A stretch of DNA of 64,000 nucleotides from Octopus vulgaris (GCA_951406725.2 OX597833.1:48608001-48672000); one strand, 5' to 3'; numbered from the stretch's first letter, positions 1 to 14,837 are shown. The notes: generated by a model not told the origin, from the letters alone. Numbers and translations: made by a program.

Positions 1-371
1 ATTGTAAGCATAAGCATTATGGTCATTGAATGATGTAAATTTAAGTGGTGTAGCAAAATATGGATATTCCAATGTTAGATTAGGAGGGAGTCAGCTAAAA
101 CTGGTTGTGTTTGTCCAGGAAGAGGGGAATTGCAGGTATGATGGAGGGTACTACTAGCAGAGGAGAGTTCGGACTGAGAGAGAGTAAAGAAGCTCATCCC
201 TGCATACACACAAGCGCACCCACACACAGGAACAAGTGCACACGGACAACAGTTGAATATCCTTCTCCTTCACTTGATAAGGCCAAGGAAAATTCCTGGG
301 TAGTTGCTGGCATGTTTCCAGATGGAACAAAAATGAAACGAAAGATAGCTGGTTAAGTAGGTGGGCAGATA

Positions 372-603
372 ACCTATTTCTTTACTACCCACAAGGGGCT
401 AAACACAGAGGGGACAAACAAGGACAGACAAACGGATTAAATTGAAAAAACATCGACTCCAGTGCATAACTGGTACTTTATTATTCGACCCCGAAAGGAT
501 GAAAGGCAAAGTCGACCTCGGCAGAATTTGAACTCAGAATGTAACGGCAGACGAAATGCGGCTACGCATTTCGCCCAACGTGCTAACATTTCTGCCAGCT
601 CGC
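372..603 (-). mobile_element. tRNA-derived SINE family B (head GGCGGCGAGCTGGCAGAA)
   Basis: Reverse complement of the repeat at 29749 and 60081, with A-box and B-box (GAGTTCAAATTC) motifs. Further degraded copies near 7886-8490, 16552, 22825, 40340, 52315-53370. Confidence 0.8.
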
Positions 604-930
604 AGATAACCTGGTTTCTTTTGTCCCAGTAGAGAGATAGAGAAAGAGAGGGAGAAAGATAGAGAAAGAGAGAGTGCAGGTAATACAGGGAACTGCACCA
701 GTGAGGAAGGGGAAATGAGAGAAGTTTGTTTGTCATTATCATTAAAGTAGCTTTCTCACTGATCATTTAAAATTTCCTATCTGTGTTATTAACCTTATAA
801 CTAGCACCGTGTAACACGCAGAGAAATTGGACTTTTACAGTAAAAAATAATTTATCTATTAAATTTATTTGCTTATATATTATCTGTAAGGATGTATATT
901 GAATTTGTCTACTTATAGACAATGAGAAAT

Positions 931-1234
931 GAGCTTACGATCGTGAGGTTGTGAGCTCGAATCCCGGACCGGGCTGCGTTTTGTGTTCTTGAGCAAGACA
1001 CTTTATTTCACGTTGTTCCAGTTCACTCGTCTGTAGAAAGGAGTTGCGACGTCACAGGTGCCAAGCTGTATTGGCCCTTGCCTTTCCCTTGGACAACATC
1101 GGTGATGTGGAGAGGGGAGGCCGGTATGCATGGGCGACTGCTGGTCTTCCATAAAACAACCTTGCCTAGACTTGTGCCTCAGAGGGTAACTCTCTAGGTG
1201 CAAACCCATGGTCAGTGTCTGACTGAAGGGGGTC
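931..1234 (+). mobile_element. tRNA-derived SINE family C, 5'-truncated
   Basis: B-box-like ctcgaatccc, then gtgttcttgagcaagacactt central block. Same repeat inverted at 23150-23504 and 34706-35030. Confidence 0.75.
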
Positions 1235-1441
1235 ACCATCACCATATTATGTGTAAGGATGTATATTGAAGTAATGTGATATGTCATTCCTACTTGTTTA
1301 ATTTTCGCAGTAAAAGACTTAGTCATATCATTGATGCCAAGGAATTGTTGACCAATCTTCAAAATTAGTGTTTTAGACAGAATGATTGATAAATTATAGT
1401 TAATTAGCAACAGTATTATTTTCATAAAATAACTTTTAAAT

Positions 1442-1696
1442 TTCGTTTTTGGATTTGGTTTGCAAGATTCTTTATATGAGTTTGTGTGTTGAAGCTTATT
1501 CTGTTGTGTCTGGGGAGAGTCGTTTTGTTTTTGGGCCTTATAATCTAACACACACACCGGTAAAATTTCCACGTATTTCTTATTTTTATTTTCCTAAAAT
1601 TTTCAATAGTCTTGACTCTAGGAAAGTAAAAATAAGAAACAAGTGGAAAATTTATAAGGCGCAAAAAGAAAATGACTCTCCCCAGATACAATAGAA
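1442..1696. mobile_element. Fold-back mini-element family E
   Basis: Left arm followed by a partial inverted copy, flanked by direct repeat taacttttaaat (1430-1441, 1697-1708). Same ends as the copy at 34180-34498. Confidence 0.75.
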
Positions 1697-1943
1697 TAAC
1701 TTTTAAATATTTTATTGTAATTCTTCAGTGCAGTTCTTTATCACGTATATTCTTCTTTATCTTATATTCCACTTATTATCTAATTATTTTAGTTTCCTAT
1801 TCTATTTATTCTTCTTTATCTTATGTCTCACTTATCTATATCAATGTACTTTAAATAATCATGGAAAACTGCGTATGATTATTTTCGTCCTTTTGAACAT
1901 CATGATCCCGATCACGATCATCTATGTCATCATCATCGTTGTG

Positions 1944-2250
1944 TGGAGGCACGTAGCCTAGTGGTTAGAATAGCGGACTCGTGGTCGAGGGGTCGTGGGT
2001 TCGAATCTCAGACCAGGCGATGTGTGTGTTTATGAGCGAAAACACCTAAGCTCCACACAGCTCCGGCAGAAGTTAATGGCGAAACTTCTGCTGACTCTTT
2101 CGCCACAACTTTCTCTCACTCTTTCCTCCTGCATCTTGCAGCTCACCTGCGACGGACCAGCATCCCGTCCAGGTGGGGGAATCTATACGCCAAGAAACCG
2201 GGAAACCGGCCCTTATGAGCCGGGCATGGCTCGAGAAGGAACAAACAATA
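1944..2250 (+). mobile_element. tRNA-derived SINE family F variant
   Basis: tagcctagtgg A box, ggttcgaatc B box, gagcgaaaacacctaa body shared with copies at 8700, 50688, 56099, 63340. Confidence 0.75.
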
Positions 2251-2380
2251 AATCATCATCGTTAAGTTTAATAGTAATTTTTTCATGTCTGCATGGGTCA
2301 GATGGAATCTGTGGAAGCAGATTTTTCTATAGCTGGATGTTCATCTTGTCACCAAATGTCACTTGAAAGTTAATATTATG

Positions 2381-2692
2381 AAAAGCACCATCCGAATCGT
2401 GGCCGATGCCAGCGCCACCTTGACTAGCTTCCGTGCCGGTGGCACATAAAATTCACCAATCCGATCGTGGCCGTTGCCAGCCTCACCTGGCACCTGTGCC
2501 GGTGGCACGTAAAAAGCACCCACTACACTCACGGAGTGGTTGGCATTAGGAAGGGCATCCAGCTGTAGAAACACTGCCAAATCAGACTGGAGGCTGGTGC
2601 AGCCTCCTGGCTTCCCAGACCCCAGTCGAACCATCCAATCCATGCTAGCATGGAAAATGGACGTTAAACAATGATGATGATGATGATGATGC
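2381..2692 (+). mobile_element. RTE LINE 3' end with (GAT)n tail
   Basis: Matches the 3' UTR that follows the RTE RT at 24325-25060 and 49053-49290. Confidence 0.8.
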
Positions 2693-2958
2693 TGTTGGGA
2701 AGAACATCCAAGTATGCAAAAAAAGGGCCAAAACAGACACTGGAGCTTGATGCAGTCCTTGATCCTGTCAAACTGTCCAACCCATGCCAGCATGGAAAAT
2801 GGACAGTGAATGATGATGATGATGACAAGTTGGTAGAAGAGAAATTTGTTCCACTTCTTGTTCTTCCTTCATTTGTTAATTCTGTTTAATCAATTTCTAC
2901 ACTTGTCCAGCTCATTTGATGCATCAGAGATCTTGTAACCCCCTTTTTTTTCTTTTAG

Positions 2959-3199
2959 GCAACGAAACTTCTCTCTGGTCTTATTCCTGCCAAAGACGAA
3001 AAAGACCCCCAAATAAAAGAACATTATGCTCATCTTTATATATTTACTTTGTTGTGGAGCATTGGTGCTTTCTTGGAGTTGGATGATCGAGTTAAACTGG
3101 AACAATTTCTACGTACATTACCAAATGTCAGCAGTTATTTACCTAAGATTGATGAAAGCTCTGAGTCAACAATTTTTGATTATATGGTAGCTGCTGACG
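2959..3199 (+). CDS. DNAH5: Dynein heavy chain exon 1 in window (end of AAA2 region)
   Basis: tttttag acceptor, [10 protein letters not shown]...[18 protein letters not shown]...[10 protein letters not shown], gtaag donor, phase 0/1. Confidence 0.88.
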
Positions 3200-3623
3200 G
3201 TAAGACATACATTGATATTTTGTTATATTGCATTATGCTGGATTATGATTTGATAATTTTGGTAAGTCCACAGACTCTGTAAGAAGCATTAGGCTGATTT
3301 CCCAATTTCTCTGGCATGTATACAGTCAAGGACAAAAGTTTGGAACATTTAAAAAAAAATTTAAATTGTTATGAGGAGTGGCTGTGTGTTAAGTAGCTTG
3401 TTTACAAACCACATGGTTCTGGGTTTAGTCCCACTGCGTGGCACTTTGGGCAATATATAGCCTCAAGCCAACCAAAGCCTTGCGAGTGGATTTGGTAGAC
3501 GGAAACTGAAAGAATCCCGTCATATATATATGTATATGTATATATATATAATAAATATTAGGGAATAAATCCAAATTTACAGGGAAAAAATCAGATTTAG
3601 GATTGAATCCAATTTTATTGTAA

Positions 3624-3662
<39 letters not shown>

Positions 3663-6543
3663 ATACATATAAAGGGTGAAATATAATTAATTTAATAAAA
3701 TCAATAAATTTCACCTAGTCGTCTTTTGGTATGGAAAGGACCATATTCGGTAAAAATTTATATTATTATAATAAAGGGTTTTTTGCAACAAGTTGCTTAA
3801 ACCACATATTGAGCAAAAACACCTAAAAGCTCCACGAGGCTCCGGCAGGGGGTGGTGATCCCTGCTGTACTCTTTCACCACAACTTTCTCTCACTCTTTC
3901 TTCTGTTGGCCTGCTCGCTTAGCCAGCGGGGTGGCGTCATTTGAAGGCTATAACAATGCGAACGCATTGTGACCAGCGATGTGTAACTACATCTGATAGC
4001 CTGGTCGGTCACGGTGATATATATACACATATACTGGCACCCTTACGGCTTGACGAGTCTTCTCAAGCACAAGATATTACCAAAGGTCTTTGTCACTAGT
4101 CATTGCCTCTTATATAAATGATATTGATATAAAGCTTTTATTTTATTATCTTAAATAAACTGCATAAATATATCCAAACTGTTTTTATACTTGTTTCTTG
4201 ACTAAATTTCTGACTTTTCAGGTTCATGGGTACATTGGAATAACCTCGTTAAAGAATATCATTATCCCAAACACGAGACACCTGAGTATGCATCAATTTT
4301 AGTACCAATGGTAGACAATGTGAGAACAGATTACCTGTTAAGTACCATTGCCAAACAGGGCAAAGCAGTTATGTTGATTGGTGAACAAGGAACTGCGAAA
4401 ACAGTTATGATAAATGCATTTCTAAGAAAATACAATCCTGAACATCACGTCGCTAAAGCTTTAAACTTTTCTTCAGCAACAACGCCTCTCATGTTCCAGG
4501 TATCTGCCCGATTGTTTTTTAATTATCCATATTTTTGTTTGTTTTTTTATATTAAATCTATATATATATTAAATCTATATATATATTAAATCTATATAGG
4601 TGCAGGAGTGACTGTGTGGTAAGTAGCTTGCTAACCAACCACATGGTTCCGGGTTCAGTCCCACTGCGTGGCATCTGGGGCAAGTGTCTTTTGCTATAGC
4701 CCCGGACCGACCAATGCCTTGTGAGTGGATTTGGTAGACGGAAACTGAAAGAAGCCTGTCGTATATATGTATACATATATATGAAATCAGAACAAATCAA
4801 ATCAAATCAAATCAAAACAAATCAAAATAGATGAACATCAATGGAATTGTATCTTTGTGGTACCAGTGCCGGTGGCACACAAGAAAACCATCCGAACGTG
4901 GCCGTAGCCAGTACCGCACTGACTGGCCTCCGTGCTGTGGGCACGTAACAAACACCATCCGATCGTGGCCGTTCGCCAGCCTCATCTGGCACCTGTGTCG
5001 GTGGCACATAAAAACACCATCCGAAGACCCGGCAAGACTAGTCAGGCCATAACCTGTGGCCCCTACCTGGGACGTAGTCAGTCCACCTGTGCATACCTTC
5101 CTTCTTGTGACACTTGTGAAGACCTGTTGAGGCAAGTGAAAATCAAAACAAATCAAAATAGATGAACATCAATGGAATTTGTATCTTTGTGGTACCAGTG
5201 CCGGTGGCACGTGGCACACAAGAAAACCATCCGAACGTGGCCGTAGCCAGTACCGCATCGACTGGCCTCCGTGCTGTGGGCACGTAACAAGCACCATCCG
5301 ATCGTGGCCGTTTGCCAGCCTCATCTGGCACCTGTGTCGGTGGCACATAAAAACACCATCCGAGCGTGGCCGTCTGCCAGCCTCGTCTGGCACCTGTGTC
5401 GGTGGCACATAAAAAACACCATCCGAGCGTGGCCATTTGCCAGCCTCGTCTGGCACCTGTGTCGGTGGCACATAAAATCACCCACTACACTCTCGGAGTG
5501 GTTGGCGTTAGGAAGGGCATCCAGCTGTAGAAACACTGCCAGATCTGACTGGACTGGTGCAGCTTTCGGGCTCCCCAGACCCCAGTTGAACCGTCCAACC
5601 CATGCTAGCATGGAAAGCGGACGTTAAATGATGATGATGATGATGATGATGTGTGTGTGTTTGTGTGTCTGTGTTTGTCCCCCCCAACATCGCTTGACAA
5701 CCGATGCTGGTGTGTTTACGTCCCCGTCACTTAGCGGTTCGGCAAAAGAGACTAATAGAATAAGTACTGGGCTTACAAAAGAATAAGTCCCGGCGTTGAT
5801 TTGCTCGACTAAAGGCGGTGCTCCAGCATGGCCGCACTCAAATGACTGAAACAAGTAAAAGAGTAAAAGAGAAAGAGAGTAAAGAGATGTATATAAATTT
5901 TTATATGAAATTATTTTACTCTTTACTCTTTTACTTGTTTCAGTCATTTGACTGCGGCCATGCTGGAGCACCGCCTTTAATCGTGCAACTCGACCCCGGG
6001 ACTTATTCTTTTGTAAGCCCAGTACTTATTCTATCGGTCTCTTTTGCCGAACCGCTAAGTGACGGGGACATAAACACACCAGCATCGGTTGTCAAGCAAT
6101 GCTAGGGGATCAACACAGACACACAAACACACACACGCATATATATATATATATACATATATACGACGGGCTTCTTTCAGTTTCCGTCTACCAAATCCAC
6201 TCACAAGGCTTTGGCCGGCCCGAGGCTATAGTAGAAGACACTTGCCCAGGGTGCCACGCAGTGGGACTGAACCTGGAACCATGTGGTTGGTAGATAAGCT
6301 ACTTACTTTTGTTTCATTATATCACAAAAATGTCTGTGTTTCTCTTTCCCAAGGACATTGATGTGTGTAGGTGTAGATGTAAATGGAAACAGGAAATTTG
6401 GGAAGATGTAAAATAAATAGCAAGCACTTCACAACTTAAAAACTATGTAACATCAGTTATGAGACACACTAGAAGAATGTAGGTGCCATAAATATATATA
6501 TATATGTGTGTGTGTGTATGTCAGTGTGTGCATGTGTGTGTTC

Positions 6544-6605
<62 letters not shown>

Positions 6606-9600
6606 TCATCATCATCATCGTTTAATGTCCGTTTTCTATGTAGGGATAGGTTGGACAGTTTGACTGAGGTCTGGAGAGACAGTGGCTGCAACAGGCTCCA
6701 ATCTGATCTGGTAATGTTTCTACAGCTGGATGCCCTTCCTAACGCCGACCACTCCGAGAGTATAGTGGATGCTTTTTAAGTGCCACGTTTGGATGATGCT
6801 TTTACGGGCCACTGGCACGGGAGCCACTCAGTGGTGGGGAGGGGGCCACTGGCCACAGCTACAATATTGGTTTTACTTGACTCATCAAGTCTTCTCAAGC
6901 ATATCATATAGCCTGACGCATCCGGGGTATTCTCAACAGGGTCTTCTCAATCACAGCATATCTCCAAAGGTCCCAGTCTCCTGTCATTGTCTTTTATTTT
7001 CCTAAAATTTTCATTGCGTCTTGCAACCTTTTCAATAGTCTTGACTCTGTCCATTATTTACACTATGTTCCCTTTTGTTTGTTTGCGGACATGTGTGTGG
7101 GTCAGTGTGTGTGTATGTGTGTGCCTGCACGAGAAGAAAATGACCCTCCCCAGACACAACAGAATATGTTTCAACACACGAACTCATATAAAAAATCTTG
7201 CAAACCAAATCCCAAAACGAAATAGTTCTATTTTTTTATGTCAGATTTGTCTGTGATTTCTCCATGATACAATTTCTTTTCTTGATTTCATGGGTTGCAT
7301 TCCATAAGTATTCTCACCACCATTTCATTAGGGTACTGATTTATTTTCAGTTGCTTTGTTTGTTTAAGATAACTTTCGTTGAAGAGCACTTAACCTAAGA
7401 GATAGCTTTAATACCATGATATAGATTCATAACCTATTACATTAGAGTTACTACTGATGGTAAGATTGATAATTGAACTACTGTCAACAAACATCAAACA
7501 CCACTGCTAATAATTATTATGCTGAATTATTATAATTATGCCAAGTCAATGAGTGCACTTAATTGGCTATTATACATGACTGCTATTCCCGGCAGTGCAT
7601 TGTGTCCTTGAGCAAGACACTTTATTTCACGTTGCTCCAGTCCACTCACCTGGCAAAAGTGAGTAGTACCTGTATTTCAAAGGGCCAGCCTTGTTACACT
7701 CTGTGTCATGCTGAATCTCCTTGTAAACTACGTTAAGGGTACACATATTTGTGGAGTGCTCAACCACTTACACGTTAATTTAATGAGCAAGCTATTCCGT
7801 TGATTGTATCAGCTGGGACCCTCGTCGTTGCAACCGACAGTGTGTTCCTTTATGCATGACTGCTAATATTATATTAACAAGGCATGGTGGCGAGCTGGTA
7901 GAATCATTAGCACATCAGGAAAATCTCCACCAGTATTTAGTCCATCTTTACATCCTGATTTCAAATTCTGTCAAGGTCTACTTTGTCTTTCATCATTTTT
8001 GGGTTGAATAAGTACCATTTGAATACTGGAATCGATGTAACTGACTTGCCCTTCCCCTAAAATTGTTGGCCTTGTGCCAAAAATTTGAAGCCAATATTTA
8101 AGGCGGTAAGCTGGGCAAAATGTTTTTGCAACATTTAGTCCATCTTTACATTCTGAGTTCAAATCCACCGAGGCCTACTTTGCTTTTCATCCTTTCGGGG
8201 CCAATAAAATATGTAGCTGTTGAGCACTTGGGTTGATGTAATCGATTTGTTCCTTCCCCTGAAATTACTGGTTTTATACCAAAATCTGAAGCCAATATTT
8301 TATTAACAGGGTAAAGTGGCAAGCTGGCAGAATCATTAGCACACCAGCCAAAATACATTCTGAGTTCAAATTCCACTGAGGTCTACCTTGCCTTTTTTTC
8401 ATCATTATTATTACATTGACCCAGTCCTCAACTGGTACTTGTTTTATCGAACCCGAAAGGATGAAAGGATAAGTCAACTTCGGTGGAACCCAATAATTAT
8501 AATACTGCTTTCTAACATAAACAAAATTCTTCAGCGAAGTGGACAATTAGTTAAACCAACGCAAATATATGTAAGAAATAATTATGATAATGCTTTCTAA
8601 CATAAACACAGGGACATGATTTTGTGGGGAAGTGGATAGTTAATTAAATTGACATAACTATGTAACAAATAATTATAGTAATCCTCTCTACTATGAGCGT
8701 GGAGGTGCAATGGCCTAGTGGTTAGGGCCGCGGACTCGTGGTCGGAGGATCGCGGTTTCGATTCCCAGACCGGCTGTTGTGTGTGTTTATTGAGTGAAAA
8801 CACCTAAAAGCTCCATGAGGCTCCGGCAGGGGTTGGTGGTGACCCCTGTTGTACTCTTTTGCCACAACTTTCTCTCACTCTCTCTTCCTGTTTCTTGAGT
8901 AACGCTGTGATGGACTGGCGTCCCGTCCAACTGGGGGGACCACATATACAACAGAAACCGGGAAACCGGGCCCATGAGTCTTGCTAGGCTTGAAAAGGCT
9001 GACGTTTATCGTTTTTCTACTATAAGCACAAGGCCTGAAATTTTGGTGGAAGTGGATATTTGATTACGTCACCACTATTGCTACTTGCTTTTTATCGTCC
9101 CCAAAGGGATAAAGAGCAGAGTCGAACTTAATGGAATTTGAACTGAGATTGTAAAGATGGACGAAATGCCACTAAGAATTTTGCTCACAGTACTTATTTG
9201 AACCCAGAATGAAGACATATAACTAAATACTGCTACCACCTCCATTTAAGCATAACCATAATAATGTAGTTTTGGTGGGATCTGTATAGATCTGGTCCAC
9301 TCATTCCATTTCTCTCTAGGGGTCTTTGGCCATTGAAGTTATAGCAGGGGTCTACCTCTTACTGATCTAGTGGGGCAGAAACAACTAAGGCCATGTTCCT
9401 TGTCACATAGAGAGACAGAGTGGACTAAACAGAAAAGGAGGAAACATGTGGATGGAAGAGTTGCTGAAGAGGTCACAGGTGTGTGACGAAAGATTTCCAG
9501 ATTATAATGGACATAAGATAAAATAAGAACAATTATATATAGTGCATGTATTTATTTGGCAAGTAAAAAAGTAAAAATGACCATCCCAAAATATAACAAC

Positions 9601-10223
9601 ATATCATCATTATTTAACATCCGCTTTCCATGCTAGCATGGGTTGAACGATTTGACTGAGGTCTGGTGAACCAGATGGCTGCACAAGACTCCAGTCTGAT
9701 CTGGCAGAGTTTCTACAGCTGGATGCCCTTCCTAATGCCAACCACTCTGAGAGTGTAGTGGGTGCTTTTACGTGCCACCAGCACGAGAGTCAGTCAGGCG
9801 GTACTGGCAACAGCTATGCTCAAATAGTGCTTTTTATGTGCCACCTGCACAGAAGCCAGTCCAGCGGCACTGGCAACGACCTTGCTTGAATGTTTTTTCA
9901 TGTGCCACCAGCACACGTGCCAGTAAGGCGACGCAGGTAATGATCACGCTTGAATGGTGCTTTTTATGTGCCACTGGCACGGAGGCCAGTTTGTTGCTCT
10001 GGCAATGATCACACTCGTATGGTACTCTTAATGCTCCACTAGCATGGATGCCAGTCATTGAATTTGATTTCAATTTCAAACGTATATTTAAGGGAATGCA
10101 TTGACCCTTGCTGTGGTACTGCAACTAACTCTGCCATTCTACAGGTTATAACCGTTATTATTATAAACACTGCAAACAGATTTAATGTCCAAACAACTAC
10201 TACTGCATAAACACTGGTGCTGT

Positions 10224-10254
<31 letters not shown>

Positions 10255-10461
10255 GCTGCTGTTGCTGCTGCTGCTGCTGCTACTACTACTACTACTGCTA
10301 CTGCTGCTACTACTACTACTGCTGCTACTACTACTACTGCTTCTGCTGATACTACTACTGCTTCTGCTGATACTACTACTGCTGCTGCTGCTACTACTAC
10401 TGCTTCTGCTGCTGCTACTACTGCTGCTGCTGCTGCTGCTACTACTACTACCACCACCACC

Positions 10462-10507
<46 letters not shown>

Positions 10508-10879
10508 AGTTTTCTGATATGTTCACAGTTATATAGCGGCACAACAATCAATGAAACTATTTCTTTTTTTTTCCGACCAACAATTTTTCTTTTTAACGTT
10601 TAACATTTTTTCCATGTATTTGCAGAAATCAATAGAGAGCTATGTGGATAAACGAGTGGGTAACACCTATGGACCCACGGCGGGGAAGAAGATGAGTGTC
10701 TTCATTGATGACATCAACATGCCAGTGGTGAATGAATGGGGAGACCAAGTGGCCAATGAAATTGTGCGTCAACTCATAGAAATGAATGGTTATTATAGTC
10801 TAGAGAAGCCTGGTGACTTTATAAACATTACAGATATACAGGTTATTATTATTATTACTATTATTATTATTATTACTAA

Positions 10880-10931
<52 letters not shown>

Positions 10932-13900
10932 GAGTGAGAGAGCAGTGCATGCCATCAAAGTGACACTGGGGTAAAATATACGAAGCCCAGTATACCCGTC
11001 ATGACTACCCATCTGATAAGGGTACACTAGGCACATGCATCACAACCATATGTGCACGACATGGTGATCTCATATCAAAATAAACAGCGCATGACCTTGC
11101 AGATGAGGACCAGTTAGAACTTTCTTCTGCTTGAGTAACCCATCCCGCTCAAAAGGTCCCTGAATAAGGGTTGTTTAAGGATGTTAAACCAGCAATATAC
11201 AGAAAAACAGTGCCAGAACAGGCGCTGGTGTTATAATTAGCCAGTGAGCTTCTTAAAAAAAATATATATTAACCACAGAAGCATATTTTAAAACACACAT
11301 ATTTATTCTTTTATTCTTTTATATGTTTCAGTCCAATGACTGTGGCCATGCTGGGGCATCGCCATTCATTTATATGAACTTTATTTTCACTAACGACAGC
11401 ATTGTTTCTCTTGAACTCTAGCTTTATATTTTATTAAAACAAAATTAATTGATTTTAATTTTACCACTAAAATAAAGATTAAGAATATGCTTAATAAATC
11501 TATTTTGAAATATTTTTTTTAACATTTTCTATTGCTTAGTTCTTGGCATCTATGATACATCCTGGTGGAGGCAGGAATGACATTCCACAGCGCCTAAAGA
11601 GACATTTTGCAATTTTTAATTGCACTTTACCATCTAATACATCAATAGACAAAATCTTCTCAACAATTGGTTTGGGTCATTACTGCAAAGAAAGAGGTTT
11701 TGCAGCAGATATCATAGAAATGGTTCAAAAACTTATTCCTCTCACAAGACGATTATGGCAGCTAACAAAGGTATGTATTGCTGTTGCTGTTGTTGTTGTT
11801 GTTGTTGTTAAGCAACAAGATGGGTAAGTGGGGTGATTAGGTGATGGTCTAGGGCTTAGGGGCAGGAGACCCCAGACCTTGGGAAAAAAAACCCAAAAAA
11901 CTTTGGTCGACTTGTTGTAGTCGAGGGCTCTTAATTGATGCCCGACACCACTGGGAGGTGGTCCTCAAAGTCGCTGGAAATGGAGATCTCCGGGTCCAAA
12001 TTCTTGGATGGCTGCTGTTGCTGTTGTTTCTGTGATATAATTAGTAAATTACTTAATGGAATGGAGAGTTGCTGTTAATTACATGCATGTGCATATGCAT
12101 CCACACATGCATATATATTTGTGTGTGTGTGCATGCATGCATGTACATATGCACACACACACACATTGGCCTGTCTACCTGGCCAGTGGAGTGGTTTCAT
12201 TTGAAAGTTACAACAATGTAAGGATGCATATTGTGACCAGCTGTATATAACAACATCTGATAGTGTTTGGTCAATATAGTGATATATACATAGGTTATTT
12301 AAGCTGATCCAGTGGCCTGTTATTTTGGCAGTTTCCTGATTTGTAGCTGGTTCCTTAGACAAATCAAAGACAGATGACTGGATATAGAAAACAAATCACT
12401 CCACATAGTCATGTACATGTATATGAGTGTGTATATTGTCACAATTGGGCAGCAAATCTTATATCAAGTTCTCAGATTTCAGTGATAGTAAAAAAACGAT
12501 GAAGATGCTCCAGTGCTTATATTCAAAGTGTTGTCAGCTGGTATGTTAGGGCAGATCTGCATTCATGAGGACAGGAACAGAAAACTTCACTGCTACAGTT
12601 AAGGTAGGTGCTTCAGTGGAGAGAGATCTGTAGAAGATCCCTTTCTCAGCCAAGCACAGCCAACACCTCCGACTACTATTAATGTAAAGTTTACACTTTT
12701 CTTGTATCCTCCACTTGTCTTAATGTGTAGTATTTTCCCTCAATAGCTATATATACCTTGCTAGAGATGTGACATTTTGCCTCTCCTTGATGTTAAATGA
12801 GGAATTATGGTTATTGAATCTGGTTCTGAAGGGACTTGCTGTCATGCCTACATGTTTTTGTACATCTGTCACTCTACTTGGATCCTTTGGTGCCACCTTT
12901 GCTTTATATACATTTTCTATATTGCCGACCAAGAACCCACTGGCTTGACACCATCAAGAGTGATACCGGAATGGACATAGCCAATCTGAAAGAAGCGGCC
13001 CAGGATAGAACTGACTGGAGGACACTGATCCAATGAGTGACCGAGAGTCGACTTCGACTGAGCAGATAGAGAGAAAGATATTGCAATGGCCATTAACTTG
13101 ATATGTGGTTACATCTCTATATGAATTCTGCCACAGCCTAAATATGTGTGGATAAAACATAGCAGAAATATAAAATACTATGACAAACAGATATCAGACC
13201 ATCCAAAAGGAGGAGAAATATGAAGTTAACATAATGTATAAAAAAACCCAATCTTTTTGTAAATATAAATTCATAAAATAACGACTACTAAAATACTTCA
13301 TTCATAAACAGGTAAAAATGCTACCAACACCTGCAAAATTTCATTACATTTTTAACTTGAGAGACTTGTCCAGAATCTGGCAGGGAATGATCAATGTTGA
13401 GTCATCTGTCATCAATTCTACCAAATTATTGCTTGGTTTATGGAAACACGAATGTAGTCGTGTTATCTCTGACAGGTAAGAAAGCTAGTTGTTCTTTATT
13501 TACTCTTATTTTATTTCTGTTATGATTTCAGTCATTAGACTGTGGCCAGGCTGGGATATCACCTTCAGGGTTGATACCCCAGCATGGCCACAATAATTTA
13601 AATCTGCTACTTATTTTATTGAACACTGTTCCAGAGGAATTACAACAGTGTTTAGTGGTCTGCTACCACCACAGCTCCTTTATAGGATCCAGTTAGCTCA
13701 AGACATCTTTATAGGATCCAGTTAGCTCAGACCTCTTCTGTTTTGACATGGTGGGGCCCCCTTCCTTTCAGAGGTATCTTCAGCTCTGGTGTTGGGTGCA
13801 CATCTTCATTCTTCTGTTCCCTGGCCTCTTTGATGTATCGTCAGCGAGTGTCAGCCAGTGACTGACTGACTTGTCAAATTATTCCCTTTAAATACCTGCC

Positions 13901-14538
13901 GCTAGGCTCCAGCTGGCAGCCCCAGCAAGTTGTCACGTGACACTGTCTCACCTTAACTGGCTAGTGAAGGCGCGTAGTCTTAGCCCGCGCATTCTCTAAA
14001 CGACCGTCACCTGTCAGTCAGCGAAGCTCTTTGTCAGGCTTAGTGTCTTGAGATCAGCATTCAGTATTTTGTCCTTTACGTCTAACGTTTTTTGCTTCAT
14101 GTAAAAAGGAGCTAGTTACCAATCCATTGTTTTCTTTGTGGCAAGAATGGCAAAGCGGCTATTCTAAGTTTGGTGATGGTTGTGGAGAAAGTAGAACAGG
14201 AGATTAGGAAGAGAAGTTTCAAATCAATTTTATTCTTCTGTAAGATATTCATCTACTCTTTTAAGTAGCAACTTAAGTGGGAAATGATGGAAGAATGAGA
14301 GAGAGAGAAGTACTGCTCTTGTGTAAGTTTTATAGATGTAGTTAAGGCATGCTTCAGTTGGTTAAAGACTTTAGTCATTTAGTTTTATCTAGAAGTTGGA
14401 TCAGTGAGTAATATTTACCCAGAGTGGAAAACAGTTGGGATTTTGAAGGGTGTTGCAGCTGTTAATTGGCCTTTCTTAGGTGCAGAGGAAATCTATTTCA
14501 TTTACCCACTATATATTTATGCTGACTTTCTCTCTCTT

Positions 14539-14599
<61 letters not shown>

Positions 14600-14781
14600 G
14601 TATCTATGTATGTATATATATATGTATATATATATATATATATATAATATATATATATGTGTGTGTATGCATATATATATATTAAACATTCTATATCTTA
14701 TATATATATATATACATACATACATGCAAACACACATACACACACATACACAAACACACATACACATTCACACATACATTT

Positions 14782-14837
<56 letters not shown>

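Noticed and set aside
885-1270. Direct repeat tgtaaggatgtatattgaa around SINE C as a TSD
   Set aside because: Neither copy abuts the element ends.
1003-1572. 189-aa minus-strand ORF
   Set aside because: Crosses a SINE, unique AT-rich DNA and a fold-back element; chance open frame.
4812-5627. Regularly spaced repeats resembling a CRISPR array, with overlapping ORFs
   Set aside because: Whole units repeat with no unique spacers, the context is eukaryotic, and the sequence belongs to an RTE 3' UTR.
10039-10603. Poly-Ser, poly-Leu and poly-Val ORFs
   Set aside because: Translations of a trinucleotide microsatellite.
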